This document shows positions 59,081 to 63,223 of a stretch of DNA of 63,223 bases, piece by piece. This DNA is from a virus. Lineage: Duplodnaviria > Caudoviricetes. The position numbers were made by a program, and so were the translations under genes. Each line of letters begins with the position of its first letter. Within the stretch, counting starts at the first letter, position 1. The notes beneath the pieces were generated by a model, which did no database searches, was not told where the DNA came from, and saw only the letters and a list, made by a program, of their open reading frames with translations. The DNA lies in the IMG/VR virus record IMGVR_UViG_3300011335_000575, positions 1 to 63,223 of that record. One strand, given 5' to 3'.

Positions 59081-59140
59081 GTCATAGGTTGTGCCATAGG
59101 GGCAGACCTAATTAACTTGCTTAAAAAGGAGTAAATTATG
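59081..59140 (+). ncRNA. ROSE-like RNA thermometer in the hsp20 5' UTR
   Basis: 5' hairpin, then ACUUGCU pairing with AGGAGU (SD) with a bulged G. Confidence 0.6.
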
Positions 59141-59560
59141 ACAAACTTAGAAGTTTTCAATAATTTAAATAAACAATTATTCAACGGATCAACAAAGTTT
59201 TTTGATGATGCGTTCGAAACAATTTTTGACAGTTGGTCAAAAGTTCAATCATTCCCATTTTACAATGTAGTAAAATACTCAAAAGGTAAATATGGTTTAG
59301 AAATCGGTTTAGCGGGATACAATAAAGAAAATGTACTTGTAGAAGTTAAAGATGGTATCTTAACTATTGAGGGTAAAGTAGAAGATAAGAACGTAGATTA
59401 CGTTCAAAAGGGTTTAGCCTTTAGAAAATTCTTCAAACAATTTGAATTAGCTAAAGATGTAATAGTTAATGAGGCAGAAATGAAAGACGGCCTATTAAAG
59501 ATTAAACTTGGCTATAATGAGCCTAAAGAAATTGAAGGCGTTAAAATAGATATTAAATAA
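59138..59560 (+). CDS. hsp20: small heat shock protein Hsp20 (IbpA-like)
   Basis: FP.YN, LAG, G.LTI.G, GLA.R.F...F.LA, A.MKDGLL.I. Confidence 0.93.
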   Translation: MTNLEVFNNLNKQLFNGSTKFFDDAFETIFDSWSKVQSFPFYNVVKYSKGKYGLEIGLAGYNKENVLVEVKDGILTIEGKVEDKNVDYVQKGLAFRKFFKQFELAKDVIVNEAEMKDGLLKIKLGYNEPKEIEGVKIDIK

Positions 59561-59656
59561 TGACTACAATAACAATATTTTTTATTGTTTCTTTTATAAT
59601 TGTATCTTATTTAATTTATAAAAATTATAGATAATGTTTCCTTATAATGAGGATGA

Positions 59657-59697
59657 GGCTAATTGGCTTGGTTAATCACGACCGAGCCAAGTTAGCC
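59657..59697. terminator. long hairpin between convergent transcription units
   Basis: GGCTAATTGGCTTGGTT...GACCGAGCCAAGTTAGCC. Confidence 0.55.
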
Positions 59698-59748
59698 ATG
59701 CTAGAAAAGCACCCCATCCAATAATTAACCAAAATTCTGTTGTAAATA

Positions 59749-59940
59749 TTATTTCCATTCGCCAATATAAATTTTAAATTTATCTGTCATATTTTTTTCT
59801 TCTAACATTTTCCAAAATTTTTCTTTTAATAATTCACTATCAAATTCTGGGTATTGTTCTAAATCTATTTCTAGTGCATCTGCTAACCATTCAAAGTCTT
59901 CAATGCGATCTAATAAATCTTTAATGTTATATAGTTTCAT
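59749..59940 (-). CDS. acidic hypothetical protein
   Basis: 63 aa ORF. Confidence 0.55.
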   Translation of the reverse strand: MKLYNIKDLLDRIEDFEWLADALEIDLEQYPEFDSELLKEKFWKMLEEKNMTDKFKIYIGEWK

Positions 59941-60239
59941 AGTTTTAAAGAGGGATTAGATGACTAAAACTAACCCCTCCATTGTCTAACAAAGGTTTAA
60001 GATATGTTTATACTCTTATCTAAAAGAGACCTAATAGCTATGACCCTATTAGTAGTGGTAATATAATTATTTAAACACAAGTGTCAAATATTATTTTTTA
60101 TATAATGAAAAAATTAAAATAGTTATTACAATAACTAGTATTGTATATCCAACACCCAACTCTGCTATTAATTCCCACATATTAAAATATTAGAAATAAT
60201 AATAAAAACGCTAATAGTCCCTCTATGATTTGTTCCATA

Positions 60240-60497
60240 TTAGTTTATAGTTTCTTCTTTGGCATCAAAGAATGGTTTAATTTTTGTAGCATCATCAACA
60301 ATAAGTTTTAAAACATCATTAAACTCTTGTTCTGATAATATACTTTTATAGACCCGTAAACCTTGAGCCACGAGTGTTGAGGCAACAAGTTGGTCATCTT
60401 TATATTTTTCTAGCATCTCTAAAGTTTTTTTAGCTAGTTCATCATATATGTTAAGCAACATTGTTGTTCGCAAAACATCCATTTTCTTTTTTGTCAT
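60240..60497 (-). CDS. hypothetical protein
   Basis: 85 aa, TAATG coupling. Confidence 0.65.
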   Translation of the reverse strand: MTKKKMDVLRTTMLLNIYDELAKKTLEMLEKYKDDQLVASTLVAQGLRVYKSILSEQEFNDVLKLIVDDATKIKPFFDAKEETIN

Positions 60498-60856
60498 TAG
60501 TGTAGTCTCTTTTTATCGTACTCTGACACAATGCTTTTAATCCTATCTTTGATATCTACATTGTTAAATAAATCCCAATCTTTCATACTGGGATTAGGGT
60601 CATTCATACTTTTAAATATTGTATCTTCAATCAAGTAATAGATTTCTCTACCTAAATCAGTATTTTCGGTATAGTCATCCGTCTCTACAATACATCTTTC
60701 TCTTATTTCAAATTTATCTATGAAATAAAAATAAATGTCACTTGATAGGCGATATATTTCTTCTTCTAGTAGGTCTTTTATTACCCCTAGTTTTTTTCTT
60801 CGTGTATGCTTTTCCATATTCATCCTTATATAATGTATAGCTATTTTTACCATCAT
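60497..60856 (-). CDS. hypothetical protein
   Basis: 119 aa ORF. Confidence 0.55.
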   Translation of the reverse strand: MMVKIAIHYIRMNMEKHTRRKKLGVIKDLLEEEIYRLSSDIYFYFIDKFEIRERCIVETDDYTENTDLGREIYYLIEDTIFKSMNDPNPSMKDWDLFNNVDIKDRIKSIVSEYDKKRLH

Positions 60857-60886
60857 AATAATAGCCGTCTATTGTTTTTTTATTTC

Positions 60887-61120
60887 TCATATTTTTACTC
60901 TAGCTAATGTTAACCCGTTTATTCCTACACATTTACCATAATGTTTAATGTAAATAAAAGGAAATCTTTTTCTATTTTTAAGTTGTTTATGTCTTACCAA
61001 TGGATATTTAAACTTTTTAGTTTTAATATCAAACCTTAACCATACATATTTACAATGTCTTGGTGGTTTAGGTAGGCTTAAATAATCTGTTGGTGGTGTC
61101 CATGCTTTCATTTCTTCCAC
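60887..61120 (-). CDS. truncated divergent paralogue of head-module gene 19588..20064
   Basis: Shared WTPP..L..PK.P....W.R and G.VG..GL.LAR motifs. Confidence 0.65.
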   Translation of the reverse strand: MEEMKAWTPPTDYLSLPKPPRHCKYVWLRFDIKTKKFKYPLVRHKQLKNRKRFPFIYIKHYGKCVGINGLTLARVKI

Positions 61121-61344
61121 CCATTTTTTGTAGCTAAATCATCAATAAAATCTTTAGCTTTTTGTTTAGTTTTAAACAATTCATTAGCCCAAGTGATTGG
61201 CATCAGTCCCATAGGTGTTCCGTCACTAACATAAGCGAAAGTCCGCCAACCATCCCAAGATTTTTTTACTCCATACTCTTTTACTTCCATATCACTATGC
61301 TCACAATTAATAATAACCAAGTACAGATAATAAATAACAACCAA
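61108..61344 (-). CDS. hypothetical protein
   Basis: 78 aa; start uncertain. Confidence 0.5.
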   Translation of the reverse strand: MVVIYYLYLVIINCEHSDMEVKEYGVKKSWDGWRTFAYVSDGTPMGLMPITWANELFKTKQKAKDFIDDLATKNGWKK

Positions 61345-61372
61345 TAATTTGGCTCTGGTAGTTTATTTAAGT

Positions 61373-61606
61373 TCATGTTCTACTCCCAAAGGCCTTTGTA
61401 TCTTGTTCCATGTCACTCGGAACACGGCTCACGGGGCTTGAATATCTAGGATCAAATTTATATTCCAATATCCAAGCTAACAGTTCTTGTGCCATTTGAT
61501 ATCTTATTTCATCTACCTTGTTAACGTAGTTGTGTTGTTCAGCACTCATTTCAAAGTGTGCTATTTCTTCTTCTAACCAGTCTATTACGTATCGTACGTC
61601 TTTCAT
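61373..61606 (-). CDS. hypothetical protein
   Basis: AAGGAGG RBS. Confidence 0.65.
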   Translation of the reverse strand: MKDVRYVIDWLEEEIAHFEMSAEQHNYVNKVDEIRYQMAQELLAWILEYKFDPRYSSPVSRVPSDMEQDTKAFGSRT

Positions 61607-61618
61607 TTTTCCTCCTTG

Positions 61619-61846
61619 TTAAATAAACATTCCGTGACCATGATTGGTAAATAGAACACCCGTTCCGTTACCCTCCTCATCAGCTGATGGTATAAGTATC
61701 TGCCCGTCATCTAAATGAATTGCAAAAACTTCGGGATATTCTTCCTCATCAAAATAATTAGGTTGTTTATCATAAGTCACTTTAACTATTTTTCTGCCAA
61801 CCAACATTGTCTTTGCAAACTTTTGCCAATTAAACTGCCCTTTCAT
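61619..61846 (-). CDS. SxDxEGNxxG family paralogue
   Basis: LVGRKI, PSADEEGNGTGVLFT. Confidence 0.7.
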   Translation of the reverse strand: MKGQFNWQKFAKTMLVGRKIVKVTYDKQPNYFDEEEYPEVFAIHLDDGQILIPSADEEGNGTGVLFTNHGHGMFI

Positions 61847-62121
61847 TTTTCCTCCTTTACATAATGTTCACTTAATACTTCCCAATTACAACCTCTCATA
61901 TTGGTCATTTCTAATAAATCTTGCATAGTATCATGCGTAAGATTATCTTTAACTTTTTCATAATGTTCCTCTATTTTTTTTGCTTTTTCTATATCATCTT
62001 CATCCCCACATTCTTCTAGTCCCTCCATAGCCCAACAATAGCAATAATCAAAATTACCAATGTCATCTATGTCCTCATCCCCAAATTTAACTAAAATATC
62101 GGGTTTGTATGTTTCTGTCAT
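61843..62121 (-). CDS. acidic hypothetical protein
   Basis: 92 aa, AAAGGAG RBS. Confidence 0.65.
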   Translation of the reverse strand: MTETYKPDILVKFGDEDIDDIGNFDYCYCWAMEGLEECGDEDDIEKAKKIEEHYEKVKDNLTHDTMQDLLEMTNMRGCNWEVLSEHYVKEEK

Positions 62122-62139
62122 AATTTTTTTTCTCCTTTG

Positions 62140-62445
62140 TTAAGTGTTTAGTCTGTCGTATTTGATTGAAATAGTGCCACGCTCTTGGTCAAATGGCTTT
62201 TCACACACGAAATAACAAAGCCTATTCACGAGCCACGCACCATTCTGTATCCACGTATATTTGTCGCCCTCAACCAATGTCCAAATTTTATTATGGTCTT
62301 GGTTTGCAACAAATTCTTTTTCCTTACCATAAGTTTCAAAACTATAATTAATACTATCTATTCCACAGTAAGTTCCATTTTTATCAATAGGATTTGGAAT
62401 AGGTTTATATGTTTCAAACCATTTTACAAAGTTTATTTTTTTCAT
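62140..62445 (-). CDS. conserved phage protein (FETYG.E, IWT, G...VNR..Y)
   Basis: Start reassigned to MKKINF, after the AAAGGAGG RBS. Confidence 0.7.
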   Translation of the reverse strand: MKKINFVKWFETYKPIPNPIDKNGTYCGIDSINYSFETYGKEKEFVANQDHNKIWTLVEGDKYTWIQNGAWLVNRLCYFVCEKPFDQERGTISIKYDRLNT

Positions 62446-62571
62446 TTTTCCTCCTTTAGTTCCCACTCACAATCATCATTATAAAAGTAATTAGGAAAGT
62501 TTTCTTTCATAAATATATCCTCACATTCAAAACAAATATATTTACTTTCTGTATCACAGTTTTTACATTCG

Positions 62572-62781
62572 TTATTCAAGTTGTGCCTCCTCTAGTTGTT
62601 TTACTCTTTCTTGTGTATCCACTAATACAATTTCATGCACTTTGCACCATTCTTCAAAGTCTTGCTCGGTGTCATTCCATTGTTCAGCGAATACATCATC
62701 ATCTCTTAAAAGACCAAGATACTCATCCCAAGCGTCTTGGGTAGTCATATAACTATAAAATATTTTATTTACGTGTCCCAT
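62572..62781 (-). CDS. acidic hypothetical early protein (allele of 613..822)
   Basis: Same length, many substitutions. Confidence 0.75.
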   Translation of the reverse strand: MGHVNKIFYSYMTTQDAWDEYLGLLRDDDVFAEQWNDTEQDFEEWCKVHEIVLVDTQERVKQLEEAQLE

Positions 62782-62788
62782 AATTACC

Positions 62789-63070
62789 TCATATTACTGG
62801 TATAGTTGGTAAATCTTCATCACTTGTAAATAAAGCCCCTCCGTCATTACCCTCATCGTCCATTGACGGTGTAAGCCAAGTTCCATTACTTAAAAGAATT
62901 TGAATTGGTCTCTTATACCAACCTTGTTTTTTTGCTAGTTCCTCTGGCATATAATCTACTTTAATTATTTTTTTACCAACTAACACTTTACTTATTCTTG
63001 CTATCCATTGTAGTTCTAGTTTTTTTTCATCTATTTCATTAAATTTAGTATAGCCCTCTAGTTCAGTCAT
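62789..63070 (-). CDS. SxDxEGNxxG family protein (allele of 830..1084, 9 aa longer)
   Basis: Near-identical apart from an N-terminal insertion. Confidence 0.8.
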   Translation of the reverse strand: MTELEGYTKFNEIDEKKLELQWIARISKVLVGKKIIKVDYMPEELAKKQGWYKRPIQILLSNGTWLTPSMDDEGNDGGALFTSDEDLPTIPVI

Positions 63071-63223
63071 TTTAGTTCCTCCATTGTTAAATTATCCCAC
63101 TCCTCGTCATCATAGTCTTTTCCTATGAATTCTATTTTATCGTTTAGCCAATTTTCATAGGCCTCTTTTTTATTTTTACCTATGACTTTCCATTTTCTAA
63201 TTAGCTTTGGATATTCTGTTATT

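Larger units (their letters stand above)
62450..63223. repeat. imperfect direct repeat, copy 2 (runs to the window end)
   Basis: Aligns to 491-1237. Confidence 0.95.

Noticed and set aside
1-63223. tRNA, tmRNA or rRNA genes, integrase/att site, introns or inteins, stop-codon recoding
   Set aside because: None recognised by eye; core genes are uninterrupted and of normal length under the standard code. tRNAscan and Infernal were not run

Overview
The window is essentially one complete, AT-rich tailed-phage genome of about 62.5 kb with podovirus-like organisation. Gene content (TerL, portal, GroES, scaffold, major capsid, ejection proteins, SNF2 and UvrD helicases, AEP primase, family A DNA polymerase, Hsp20, SpeD-like decarboxylase, Gp88, ArdC) resembles HTVC023P-type pelagiphages and related aquatic phages of Alphaproteobacteria. 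That resemblance is an inference; no search was run. Layout: a minus-strand early region of small genes spanning the window ends (about 59.7 kb to end, then 1-8.5 kb) interrupted by a repeat-rich non-coding kilobase and TerS; a plus-strand packaging/head/tail/ejection operon (9.2-45.9 kb); replication genes (45.9-56.1 kb); and small regulatory/stress genes. The window ends overlap in an imperfect repeat of about 750 bp. The most unusual signals are: (1) an array of unrelated small proteins sharing a portable hydrophobic-x-x-G-G ... TKLY C-terminal tag, with the same GG motif in other virion proteins; (2) near-total absence of GANTC and GATC from the early region, with a sharp edge beside ArdC/TerL; (3) dispersed CACGG-nn-CACGG heptamer doublets; (4) a ROSE-like RNA thermometer plus RpoH-like promoter on hsp20; (5) a stand-alone RNA polymerase alpha-CTD-like protein. 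All motif counts are manual scans and should be recomputed.
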